Assembly: GCF_965249975.1 (NCBI RefSeq)
Contig: NZ_CBDFNE010000004.1
Location: forward strand, 653,559 to 717,558
Length of the DNA: 64,000 bases
Origin: Ancylobacter sp.
Lineage (GTDB): Bacteria; Pseudomonadota; Alphaproteobacteria; Rhizobiales; Xanthobacteraceae
Reading direction: 5' to 3'
The translations under genes were made by a program, and so were the position numbers. Numbering within the stretch: the stretch's first letter is position 1; every line of letters starts with the position of its first letter. The notes under the pieces are model-generated. The model was not told the origin of the DNA, did no database searches, and was given only the letters and a program-made list of their open reading frames with translations. Positions 1 through 8,768 of this stretch are shown here, in pieces.

Positions 1-412
1 GTCGGTGTCACAGACTCTCCGGCGCGTGAGATGCCGCCGACATGAGCGGGCCCCGCCGTTCCCATCGATCTGGGTCGGCCAAAGCAATGCAACGGCCCGC
101 CCTCCCGCCAGCCTTGGACTGCCGAGTGCTCAACTCGCACCGGCGGAGCTCCACCTCGACGGCTACGCGGACGATGTCGGTGTCACAGACTTACCGGCGC
201 GCGGGATGCCGCCGATACGAGGCGGCCCCGCCGTTCCCATCGATCTGGGTCGACCAAAGCAACCCGACGGCGGGCACGCCCGCCTTGGACTGCCGAGTGC
301 TCCACCCCGGGCTGGCGCACCTCCCCCGCGCCGCGGACACGCGGACGATGTCGGTGTCAACGACTCTCCGGCGCGCGGGATGCCGCCGATGCGAGCCGAG
401 CCCCGCCATTCC
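1..412. repeat. Tandem ~175-bp repeat, 2 full units plus a partial third, truncated by the window edge; conserved blocks separated by variable segments
   Basis: GTCGGTGTCA..GACT..CCGGCGCG.G.GATGCCGCCGA starts at 1, 176 and 350. CCCCGCCGTTCCCATCGATCTGGGTCG.CCAAAGCAA at 51 and 226 (partial at 401). GCCTTGGACTGCCGAGTGCTC identical at 111 and 282. Confidence 0.9.
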
Positions 413-1395
413 TCTCACGCCGGCGTCGCCTGGCTGCGCGGCGATGATCAGGACTGATCAGCCGCCAGAATGACCATCATGTTGCCAGCCCCCGCCGGAA
501 GCGACCCACGCCTTGATCGCCATTGGCTCATGTTCGGCTTTGGCTCGCAGGCGCCCAGCAGTCGATCACGAGGATGATCCGCTGCCGGCGGTGGAGACCG
601 GTTCGAGCCGCCAGAGCCACAGCCTGACACTTCTGCGAAAGGGGTTCGACGGGTCTTTGCTGCCCGTAGCGTTCGGGCACATCCCGCCCGGGCGAGGCTC
701 CGAGCCCTCGGAGATCGCGGTTGCGCAGTCGACGGTCATCCACCCGCGCCCATTCGCGCGGCTTGTCCAGAAGTCGGCGGCGCGATCACCCTGCTGGGTC
801 GCTCCGCTCGTCCCGCAGCCCAATTCTCCCCCCAATCGCGAGAGGTCGAACATGCCCCTGCTTCGCCCGTAAGGCTCCCGTGATCGGCAAAGCCGCAGGG
901 GCGTTGCGGCCGTCGCTTACCGAAGGCCTCGGTCCACGGCTCGTCCCTCCCAACGAGCCAATACCAGCGGCTGTGCCGATGCCGCCAAGCTGTCGCCTGC
1001 CGCGGCGCGATGGGGATCCCGCTTCCGCTCTGGCGGGCAGGGCCCTCCGCTATTTGAGGTTCCCTGCCTTCACCATGTTCGGGCATCGTCGCCGCATCGG
1101 CTCACACAAGGTCGCCTCCCGCCGCCCGCCCGAAACGATCGCTCATACCCCGCCCATGATGCGGCTCTCGGGTCCGCTTATTCAGGCTTAACCCGAACGA
1201 GTTTCCATACCCCGCTCGGCGGCGTCCAGCGCCGGGGGGGGCCTGCCCCAACCCGTCCCGGTGCCGCCGCCGCTCCCATTGAGCCCCGCCATTCGGCATG
1301 GCGGGTTCGAGCGTGACCGCCACCCATCGTCTTGCGGATGTTGCGCATCTCGGGCACACCCGTGCAGCCCTTTTCCCGCGATCGAGTTCCCGCCG

Positions 1396-2634
1396 ATGGC
1401 CCACGCTGCTCCCGTCTCTCCGCTCGCCCCCAAGACCACGCCTGAGCTCGGCCCGGTTGCCGGGGTGCGCTTCGCCACCGCCGAGGCGGGCATCCGCTAT
1501 AAGGGGCGTACCGATGTGCTGCTGCTGACGCTCGACGAAGGCACCACGGTGGCGGGCGTGTTCACCCGTTCCAAATGCCCGTCGGCGCCGGTCGAGTGGT
1601 GCCGCGCCAATCTCCCGCACGGCACGGCGCGGGCTTTGGTGGTGAATTCCGGCAATGCCAATGCGTTCACCGGCGCCAAGGGCCGGGAATCGACCGCGCT
1701 GACCGCGAAAATCGCCGCCAAGGCGCTCGGCTGCCGCGAGGAGGAGATCTATCTCGCCTCCACCGGCGTCATCGGCGAACCGCTGGACGCGACCAAGTTC
1801 GAGGGCGTGCTGCAGGAAACCGCCACGCGTCTCGCGCCGCTGCCCTGGGTCGAGCCGGCCAAGGCGATCATGACCACCGACACCTTCCCCAAGCTGGCCA
1901 CGGCCAAGGTGAAGATCGATGGCGTGGACGTCACCATCGCCGGCATCGCCAAGGGCGCCGGCATGATCGCGCCCGACATGGCGACCATGCTCTCCTTCGT
2001 CTTCACCGATGCCGCCATCGAGGCGCCGGCACTTCAGGCCCTGCTCTCCAAGGGCGTGGTGGACAGCTTCAACGCCGTCACCATCGACGGCGACACCTCG
2101 ACCTCGGACACGCTGATGCTGTTCGCCACCGGCGCCTCGGGGGCGCCGCGCATCGATGACGCGAAGGACCCGCGCCTCAACCGCTTCCGCAAGGCGCTCA
2201 CCGGCGTGCTGGCGGATCTGGCCGAGCAGGTGGCGCGTGACGGCGAGGGGGCGCGCAAGCTGGTGAAGATCCATGTCACCGGCGCCACCTCCAAGCGCTC
2301 GGCGCGGCGCATCGCCATGTCGATCGCCAATTCGCCGCTGGTGAAGACGGCGGTGGCGGGCGAAGACGCCAATTGGGGCCGCATCGTCATGGCGGTGGGC
2401 AAGGCCGGCGAGCCGGCGGAGCGCGACCGGCTCTCCATCTCCTTCGGCGCCATCCGCGTGGCGCATGAAGGCGCCCGCGACCCGGCCTATGACGAGGCCG
2501 AGGTCTCGGCTTATATGAAGAACGACGTGATCGACATCACCGTCGATCTCGGCCTCGGGCGCGGGTCGGACCGGGTGATGACCTGCGACCTCACCAAGGA
2601 ATATGTCGCCATCAACGGCGATTACCGCTCGTGA
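1396..2634 (+). CDS. argJ: Bifunctional glutamate N-acetyltransferase / amino-acid acetyltransferase
   Basis: [42 protein letters not shown] autoproteolysis site, DANWGR, INGDYRS end. Confidence 0.97.
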   Translation: MAHAAPVSPLAPKTTPELGPVAGVRFATAEAGIRYKGRTDVLLLTLDEGTTVAGVFTRSKCPSAPVEWCRANLPHGTARALVVNSGNANAFTGAKGRESTALTAKIAAKALGCREEEIYLASTGVIGEPLDATKFEGVLQETATRLAPLPWVEPAKAIMTTDTFPKLATAKVKIDGVDVTIAGIAKGAGMIAPDMATMLSFVFTDAAIEAPALQALLSKGVVDSFNAVTIDGDTSTSDTLMLFATGASGAPRIDDAKDPRLNRFRKALTGVLADLAEQVARDGEGARKLVKIHVTGATSKRSARRIAMSIANSPLVKTAVAGEDANWGRIVMAVGKAGEPAERDRLSISFGAIRVAHEGARDPAYDEAEVSAYMKNDVIDITVDLGLGRGSDRVMTCDLTKEYVAINGDYRS

Positions 2635-2653
2635 GCGGCGAAGGGCGAACGCG

Positions 2654-3064
2654 ATGAAACTCGTCCTCGTCGCCGCGGCCGCGCTCGTCGATGTCGATGG
2701 CCGTGTGCTGCTGACCGAGCGGCCGGCGGGCAAGTCGCTCGCCGGATTGTGGGAGTTTCCCGGTGGCAAGGTCGAGCCCGGCGAGCGGCCGGAAGAGTGC
2801 CTGATCCGCGAACTGTCCGAGGAACTGGGAATCACGGTCAAGGAGCCGTGCCTGGCGCCGCTCTCCTTCGCCAGCCACACTTATGAGAACTTCCAGCTGC
2901 TGATGCCGCTGTGGATTTGCCGGCGCTGGGAAGGGCAGGCGCAGGGCCGCGAAGGCCAGCGCCTCGCCTGGGTGAACCCGGGCGCGCTGCGCGACTACCC
3001 CATGCCACCGGCCGACGAGCCGCTGATCCCTGTGCTGCTGGATCTGCTGGGGCCGGGGCGGTAG
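2654..3064 (+). CDS. mutT: 8-oxo-dGTP diphosphatase (Nudix)
   Basis: Nudix box GLWEFPGGKVEPGERPEECLIRELSEELG; follows argJ. Confidence 0.9.
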   Translation: MKLVLVAAAALVDVDGRVLLTERPAGKSLAGLWEFPGGKVEPGERPEECLIRELSEELGITVKEPCLAPLSFASHTYENFQLLMPLWICRRWEGQAQGREGQRLAWVNPGALRDYPMPPADEPLIPVLLDLLGPGR

Positions 3065-3082
3065 AGACCGGGCGGGCGCGCT

Positions 3083-3982
3083 CTATCCTTCGCCCGGCAG
3101 TCTTCCTTCCGGCACTTTGAGCGCATCCGCCAGCCGGGTCTTGGCGGAGCCGGGCCGCAGCGGCTTCTGCTGGCTCTCATGCGGCGCCCAGCCGGAAATC
3201 CACACGATCTCGAAGGTGGCGCGCAGACGCCCGTCCGGATCGGCGAAGCGCTCGGCATAGACCTCGAACAGCCGCACCAGCGTCTTTTTCAAAAGCGGCG
3301 CCCGACGCCGGTCGGCGAGCGGATTGGCCCCGCCCATGCGGCGCAGATCGTGCAGCAGCGCCAGCGGGTCGCCATAGCGCACCACCACGCGGTCCACATC
3401 GGTGACGGGCAGAGCGAGGCCGGCCCGTTGCAGCAGCCCGCCGAGATCGCGCAGATCGACGAAAGGCGCGACGCGCGGGGAAATGCCGCCCAGCGTGTCG
3501 CTTTCGGCGATGGCGAAGGCCTCGCGCAGCTCGGCAAGCGTGCCGCCGCCGAGAAAACCCGCGAGCAGCAGCCCGTCGGGCTTCAGCGCGCGGCGGATCT
3601 GCGCCAGCACGCCGGGCAGGTCGTTGACGCTTTGCAGCGCGAGGGCGGAAACGACGAGATCGAGCGATGCTGGCGCAAAGGGCAGGATTTCCGGGTCGGT
3701 GATCACATCGACATCGGCCCGCTCGGCAGGGCCGAACGCCTTATAAGTCTCAACCATGCCCGAGGCGGCCAGCGCGTTGCGAAGGGCGCCCGTGGGGGTG
3801 CCGAGATCGGCCGCATTGCCGAAGTGCCGCTTCACCGCGCCCAGCCGGTCAAGGAGATCCTCCGCCACCCGGTCGAGCAGGAATGTCTCCGGGCCGAGCG
3901 CGACGGCGCGTTGGCGGCGTTGCGCCAGGGCGACGGGGTCAAACACGTTCATCGACGCAGTGGTGGTCGGGGCAGCGGGCAT
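3083..3982 (-). CDS. SAM-dependent methyltransferase (BioC/NDUFAF5-like, Methyltransf_11)
   Basis: FLLDRVAEDLLDRL, ADLGTPTG, SLDLVVSALALQSVNDLPG, GLALPVTDVD, RATFE; divergent from comF. Confidence 0.85.
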   Translation of the reverse strand: MPAAPTTTASMNVFDPVALAQRRQRAVALGPETFLLDRVAEDLLDRLGAVKRHFGNAADLGTPTGALRNALAASGMVETYKAFGPAERADVDVITDPEILPFAPASLDLVVSALALQSVNDLPGVLAQIRRALKPDGLLLAGFLGGGTLAELREAFAIAESDTLGGISPRVAPFVDLRDLGGLLQRAGLALPVTDVDRVVVRYGDPLALLHDLRRMGGANPLADRRRAPLLKKTLVRLFEVYAERFADPDGRLRATFEIVWISGWAPHESQQKPLRPGSAKTRLADALKVPEGRLPGEG

Positions 3983-4099
3983 GCGGAGGCTCCTCGGATG
4001 AGAGCCATAGGGCGGTGGGCTGGAGAGGTCAAAGGCAGGGCGCGGCCAAAAGCGGTGAGGCAACGGACGGGGAAACCTGCACCGTGCTAATCTACCACC

Positions 4100-4930
4100 A
4101 TGACACCGCTCCCGGAGCCATGGCCCGCGCCTGCCGGTGAGGCCGAGGCATTGCCGCCGGCCCTGGCCACGCGGCTGCGCGGTCTGGCGCGGCGGCTGTG
4201 GGGCGGGCTGGTCGATGTCGCCCTGCCACCCGGCTGCATGGCCTGCCGCGCGGCGGTGGACGCGCCGGGCTGCCTGTGCGGCGCGTGCTGGAGCCGGCTC
4301 GCCTTCATCGCGCCGCCGATCTGCGACCGTTTCGGCACGCCTCTGCCTTATGGTTTCGGGGAGGGGCGGCTGATCTCTCCCGCGGCCCGGGAGGCGCCGC
4401 CGGCCTATGGCAGGGCGCGGGCGGTGGCGGCGTTCGGCGACGTGGCGCGAGACCTGATCCACGCGCTGAAATATGCCGACCGGCTGGATGTCGCTCCCCC
4501 GATGGGGCGGATGATGGCGCGCGCCGGCGCGGACATTCTGGCCGATGCACAGGCGCTGGTGCCCGTGCCGCTGCATCGGCTGCGGCTGTGGCGGCGGCGG
4601 TTTAACCAGTCGGCGGTGCTGGCCGGGGTCATCGGCCGCGAGACGGGCCTGCCGGTGCGCGCGGGCTGGCTGGAGCGGCGCCGCGCGACGCTGCCGCAGG
4701 TGGGGCTCGATCGGGTGGCGCGGGCGCGCAATGTGCAGGGCGCCTTCGCCGTGCCCGACATGGCGAAGGGCGAATTGCGCGGCCGACGCTTGGTTCTGGT
4801 CGATGACGTGCTCACGACCGGGGCGACCATCGACGCCTGCGTCAAGGCGCTGCAGCGCGCCGGGGCGGGACAGGTGGACGTTCTGGTGTTCGCCCGGGTT
4901 GCTGACGAGGCGGACGCGCCCATATCATGA
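4100..4930 (+). CDS. comF: ComF family protein (double zinc ribbon + phosphoribosyltransferase)
   Basis: CxxC motifs, RRFNQS, LVLVDDVLTTGAT PRPP loop. Confidence 0.9.
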   Translation: MTPLPEPWPAPAGEAEALPPALATRLRGLARRLWGGLVDVALPPGCMACRAAVDAPGCLCGACWSRLAFIAPPICDRFGTPLPYGFGEGRLISPAAREAPPAYGRARAVAAFGDVARDLIHALKYADRLDVAPPMGRMMARAGADILADAQALVPVPLHRLRLWRRRFNQSAVLAGVIGRETGLPVRAGWLERRRATLPQVGLDRVARARNVQGAFAVPDMAKGELRGRRLVLVDDVLTTGATIDACVKALQRAGAGQVDVLVFARVADEADAPIS

Positions 4931-4978
4931 GCGACCAGGATCACGGCCGCGCCAGCGGCTGACGGTTAGGACAGGCCG

Positions 4979-5236
4979 ATGGCGAAGATAGAGATTTACA
5001 CCACGTCGAGCTGCCCCTATTGCCACGCGGCCAAGTCGCTGCTGGGCCGCAAGGGCGTCGATTTCTCCGAGGTCAATGTGACAGGCGATCCGGTGGGGCG
5101 CTCGGCCATGTCGAACCGCGCCAATGGGCGGACCAGCGTGCCGCAGATCTTCATCGACGGGCGGCATGTCGGTGGCTGCGACGACCTTTATGCGCTTGAG
5201 GAAGCAGGCGAACTGGACGCGCTGCTGGCAAGCTGA
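4979..5236 (+). CDS. grxC: Glutaredoxin 3
   Basis: CPYC active site, TSVPQIFI, GGCDDL. Confidence 0.95.
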   Translation: MAKIEIYTTSSCPYCHAAKSLLGRKGVDFSEVNVTGDPVGRSAMSNRANGRTSVPQIFIDGRHVGGCDDLYALEEAGELDALLAS

Positions 5237-5250
5237 ACGAGACCGCGATC

Positions 5251-6165
5251 ATGACGTCTTCCGACCACGCCTCCATGCCCGGTGCCCCGCCGCTGGGTGC
5301 CCCGTTCCGCGCGGCGCTCATCCAGATGCGCACGGCCAAGAGCGTTGCCGCCAACATCGCGGCGGCGTCCGCGCTGATCCGTCAGGCAGCGGCGGAGGGG
5401 GCGAGCTACATCCAGACGCCGGAAATGACCGGAACGATGGAGGAGAACCGCGAGGCGCTGTTCAAGGTGCTGCACACGGAAGAGGACGACCCGGCGCTGG
5501 CCGCCTTCCGTGCGCTGGCGGCTGAACTGAAGGTGCATCTGCACATCGGCTCGCTGGCGGTGCGGGCGAGCGAGCACCGCGCGGCCAATCGTTCCTATCT
5601 CCTCAGCCCGGACGGCACGATCGCGGCCCGTTACGACAAGATCCACATGTTCGATGTCGACCTGCCCAATGGCGACGTGTACCGCGAATCCGCCGCCTAC
5701 CGGCCGGGCGAGCTCGCCATCGTCGCCGATCTGCCGCAGATCCGGCTGGGACTCACCATCTGCTACGACCTGCGCTTTCCCGCGCTGTTCCGCGCGCTGG
5801 CGGAAGCGGGCGCGGGTATGATCGCCACGCCGGCGGCGTTCACCCAGTCCACCGGCGAGGCGCATTGGCACATTCTCCAGCGGGCGCGGGCGATCGAGAC
5901 CGGTTGTTTCGTGCTCGCCGCCGCCCAGGGCGGCACGCATGAGAATGGCCGCAAGACCTTCGGCCACAGCCTCATCATCGACCCCTGGGGCACCATTCTC
6001 GCCGAGGGTGGCAGCGAGCCCGGCATCATCGCCGCAGAAATCGATCCCGCTCAGGTGGCCGCGGTGCGCGGGCGGATTCCCTCGCTGTCGAACGGCCGGC
6101 GCTTCGAGCTGGTGATGCCGGCCGACCAGAGCCGGCTGCATCTCGTGCCCGGTGGCGCGGCATGA
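5251..6165 (+). CDS. Carbon-nitrogen hydrolase (Nit1-like, probable deaminated glutathione amidase)
   Basis: E-K-C triad: QTPEM, YDKIHMFD, TICYDLRFP; RARAIE. Confidence 0.9.
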   Translation: MTSSDHASMPGAPPLGAPFRAALIQMRTAKSVAANIAAASALIRQAAAEGASYIQTPEMTGTMEENREALFKVLHTEEDDPALAAFRALAAELKVHLHIGSLAVRASEHRAANRSYLLSPDGTIAARYDKIHMFDVDLPNGDVYRESAAYRPGELAIVADLPQIRLGLTICYDLRFPALFRALAEAGAGMIATPAAFTQSTGEAHWHILQRARAIETGCFVLAAAQGGTHENGRKTFGHSLIIDPWGTILAEGGSEPGIIAAEIDPAQVAAVRGRIPSLSNGRRFELVMPADQSRLHLVPGGAA

Positions 6166-6650
6166 TCCTCTACCGCCTGTGCTGCGCCGCGGACCATGAC
6201 TTCGAGAGCTGGTTCCGTGACTCGGCGGCCTATGATGCGCAGCGGGCGAGGGGACTGGTCACCTGCCCGATCTGCGGCTCCGCCGAGGTGGAAAAGGCGC
6301 TGATGGCGCCGGCACTCGGCCGGGGAACGCGCAAATTCGCCGTGGAGCCGGCCGCCGAAGCGCCCGCTGCCGAGCCAGCGGAGGTGGCGGTGCCCGCCCC
6401 GCAACCGGTCGCGCTGGTGTCGGAGAAGGAGCAGCAGCTGCGCGCCATGCTTCGCGCGGTGCGCGCGCATGTGATCGCCAATTCGGTCGATGTCGGCGAC
6501 GACTTCGCCACCCTTGCCCGCCGCATGCATGAGGGCGAGGAGGAGAAGCGCGCCATTCGCGGCGCGGCGACGCCGGACGAGGTGCGTGCGCTGATCGAGG
6601 ACGAGATCGAGATTCTGCCGCTGCCGGTGCTGCCGGACGAGCGGAACTGA
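6162..6650 (+). CDS. DUF1178 family protein
   Basis: MILYRLCC..HDFESWF..S..YDAQ..RGLVTCPICGS..VEKALMAP; ATGA overlap with the nitrilase stop. Confidence 0.85.
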   Translation: MILYRLCCAADHDFESWFRDSAAYDAQRARGLVTCPICGSAEVEKALMAPALGRGTRKFAVEPAAEAPAAEPAEVAVPAPQPVALVSEKEQQLRAMLRAVRAHVIANSVDVGDDFATLARRMHEGEEEKRAIRGAATPDEVRALIEDEIEILPLPVLPDERN

Positions 6651-6680
6651 GCGTGCTCTATCAATAGTTTAGATCAGGTT

Positions 6681-7286
6681 CTAAGGCGCCTTCTGCGCCT
6701 TGGCGATTTCCGGCAGCAGCCGCGACTTCAACCCGTCCGCGTCGAGCGGGCCGATGAACTTGTAGGCAATGCGTCCGTCCTTGCCGATGACGAAGGTTTC
6801 CGGCACGCCATAGACCCCCCAGTCGATGGCGGCGCGTCCATTGGCGTCGACGCCGACGGCGGCATAGGGATTGCCGAAGCGGCCGAGGAAGCGGCGGGCG
6901 TTGCCGGCATCGTCCTTGTAGTTCAGCCCGACGAGACGGAAGCCGGGCATCTGCGACAGCTCGACCAGGAACGGGTGCTCGTCGCGGCAGGGCACGCACC
7001 AGGAGGCGAAGACGTTCAGCACCGTGACCTCGCCTTTCAGCCCGGCCGAGGCAAGGCCCGGCACGGGCTGGCCGTCGCGGGTCAGGCCGTCCAGCGGCGG
7101 CAGGTCGAGGGTGGGCGCGGGCCGGCCGATCAGCGCCGAGGGCACGCGCGAGGGATCGCCGGAGAACAGCCGGCCATAGAACAGCCCGGCCAGCGCCAGG
7201 AAGGCGACGAGGGGCAACAGCACCAGCAGCCGGCGGCCGGACCGTGCGGCCGGGGGCGCGTTCGGGGTGTCCGGGGGCGTGCTCAT
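6681..7286 (-). CDS. ccmG: Thiol:disulfide interchange protein DsbE/CcmG
   Basis: N-terminal TM, PSALIGRPAP, ASWCVPC, GVYGVPETFVI. Confidence 0.93.
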   Translation of the reverse strand: MSTPPDTPNAPPAARSGRRLLVLLPLVAFLALAGLFYGRLFSGDPSRVPSALIGRPAPTLDLPPLDGLTRDGQPVPGLASAGLKGEVTVLNVFASWCVPCRDEHPFLVELSQMPGFRLVGLNYKDDAGNARRFLGRFGNPYAAVGVDANGRAAIDWGVYGVPETFVIGKDGRIAYKFIGPLDADGLKSRLLPEIAKAQKAP

Positions 7287-7453
7287 GCGTCGCTCCGTCC
7301 CGCCGAGCGGCGGCGTACCCCGCGCGCCTCCATCTCGTTCAGCCGACGGCGCACGGCGCGGCCGTCGAGGACGATCCACAACGCCAGCCCGCCAAGGGCG
7401 AGGGCGCTCACGCCATAGCAGGCGAGGATGAAAAAGCCGTGCTCGCCGAACAT
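7283..7453 (-). CDS. ccmD: Heme exporter protein D (56 aa; not in the ORF track)
   Basis: Own translation: MFGEHGFFILACYGVSALALGGLALWIVLDGRAVRRRLNEMEARGVRRRSAGRSDA; single TM plus basic tail, between ccmC and ccmG, ATGA overlap with ccmG. Confidence 0.85.
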   Translation of the reverse strand: MFGEHGFFILACYGVSALALGGLALWIVLDGRAVRRRLNEMEARGVRRRSAGRSDA

Positions 7454-7463
7454 TCAGGGCGCC

Positions 7464-8198
7464 TCACGCATAGGTCGCCTCGGCGGCGGCGCGCGCTTCC
7501 AGCACGCGCAGACGGCGGCGGTAGATTTCGTTGCGCATCGCCGCCATGTGCAGCGCCAGCATCAGCAGCGTGAAGCCGAGCGCGCAGATCAGCAGCGGCC
7601 AGAGCAGGCTGGAATGAATGGTCGGACCGTCCATGCGGAACACCGAAGCGGGCTGGTGCAGCGTGTTCCACCAGTCGACCGAGAATTTGACGATCGGCAC
7701 GTTGACGAAGCCGACCAGCGAGAGCACCGCCGCCGCCCGACCCGCCTGATTGGGGTCCTCGATCGCCGAGCGCAGCGCCAAGAGGCCGAGATAGAGCAGC
7801 AGCAGCACCAGCATGGAGGTGAGGCGTGCGTCCCACACCCAATAGGTGCCCCACATCGGCCGGCCCCAGAGCGAGCCGGTGAACAGGCAGAGAAAGGCGA
7901 ACACTGCGCCGATGGGCGCCATCGCCTTGTGCGCCACATCCGCCAGCGGATGCCGCCAGACGAGGATGCCAAGCGCGGAGACCGCCAGCATGGAATAGCC
8001 GAACATGGCCAGCCACGCGAAAGGCACGTGGATGTACATGATCTTGACCGTCTCGCCCTGCTGGTAATCGGCCGGGGCGCGGAAGGCGAGCACGAAGCCG
8101 ATCGCCAGCGTCACGAGGGCGAGGCCGCTCAGCCATGGCAGCACGCGCCCGGAAAGGGCGAGGAAACGGGTGGGGTTGGCAAGGTCCATCAGCGCCAT
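7464..8198 (-). CDS. ccmC: Heme ABC exporter permease CcmC
   Basis: YIHVP, GSLWGRPMWGTYWVWDARLT (WWD domain), WWNTLHQ. Confidence 0.96.
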   Translation of the reverse strand: MALMDLANPTRFLALSGRVLPWLSGLALVTLAIGFVLAFRAPADYQQGETVKIMYIHVPFAWLAMFGYSMLAVSALGILVWRHPLADVAHKAMAPIGAVFAFLCLFTGSLWGRPMWGTYWVWDARLTSMLVLLLLYLGLLALRSAIEDPNQAGRAAAVLSLVGFVNVPIVKFSVDWWNTLHQPASVFRMDGPTIHSSLLWPLLICALGFTLLMLALHMAAMRNEIYRRRLRVLEARAAAEATYA

Positions 8199-8333
8199 GG
8201 GGCGGTTCTAATCTCCCGCTCGGCACTCGGCAACTCGCAGGCGCCCTGTCGAAATACGGATGGGACGCCATAGCATCGCCAAATCTGCGCTATTGAAGGA
8301 GAGCATCGTCGACCGAATAGGATTCGAGCGCTT

Positions 8334-8744
8334 ATGCCGCACATCGCCGCCGCCCCCGCTGCCCTTCTGCTCGCGCTGGTCGCGCTGCCGGTCGGTGCCC
8401 TGTCCAGTGCGCAGGCGCGCTCCACCCAGGACGAGATGATGCAGCTGGAGCCCTCGGAGCGGATCGAGCAGGTGTGCAACACGCGGGCGATGGGCGAGGT
8501 TCAGCGGGCGGGCAAGGGCCTGCGCCCGGACGAACTCGTCGCCTATGCCTATCGCGATCCCGTGGTGAAGGGGTGGAAGATCAAGGCGCCGGGCGCGGCG
8601 GTGCGCTCGGGCGGCACCTGGTACCACATCGCCTATGAATGCGAGACCGCGCATGACGGTCTCGACGTGACCAGCTTCCACTACACGCTGGGCGCGGCGA
8701 TCCCCACTTCGGAATGGGGCGCCCACTACCTCGTAGGGCAGTGA
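8334..8744 (+). CDS. DUF930-like exported protein
   Basis: Signal peptide; ERIEQVCN.RAM, AYAY, GAAVRSGGTWYHIAYEC, LGAAIP.SEW. Confidence 0.7.
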   Translation: MPHIAAAPAALLLALVALPVGALSSAQARSTQDEMMQLEPSERIEQVCNTRAMGEVQRAGKGLRPDELVAYAYRDPVVKGWKIKAPGAAVRSGGTWYHIAYECETAHDGLDVTSFHYTLGAAIPTSEWGAHYLVGQ

Positions 8745-8768
8745 GCGCCGCCAAGGGAGCCGACGGCC

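Noticed and set aside
1-412. CRISPR array interpretation
   Set aside because: The period is ~175 nt with three different conserved blocks rather than one 25-45 nt repeat alternating with spacers, and no cas genes are in the window.
5-473. ORFs 5..457, 42..473, 163..360 and 191..418 over the repeat
   Set aside because: They switch register between repeat units, have no recognisable domain, and the in-register frames contain stops.
513-1191. Short ORFs and Asp-box-like fragments (TSRDWGENW)
   Set aside because: Only one good and one degenerate motif, in different frames; not enough to call a gene or pseudogene.
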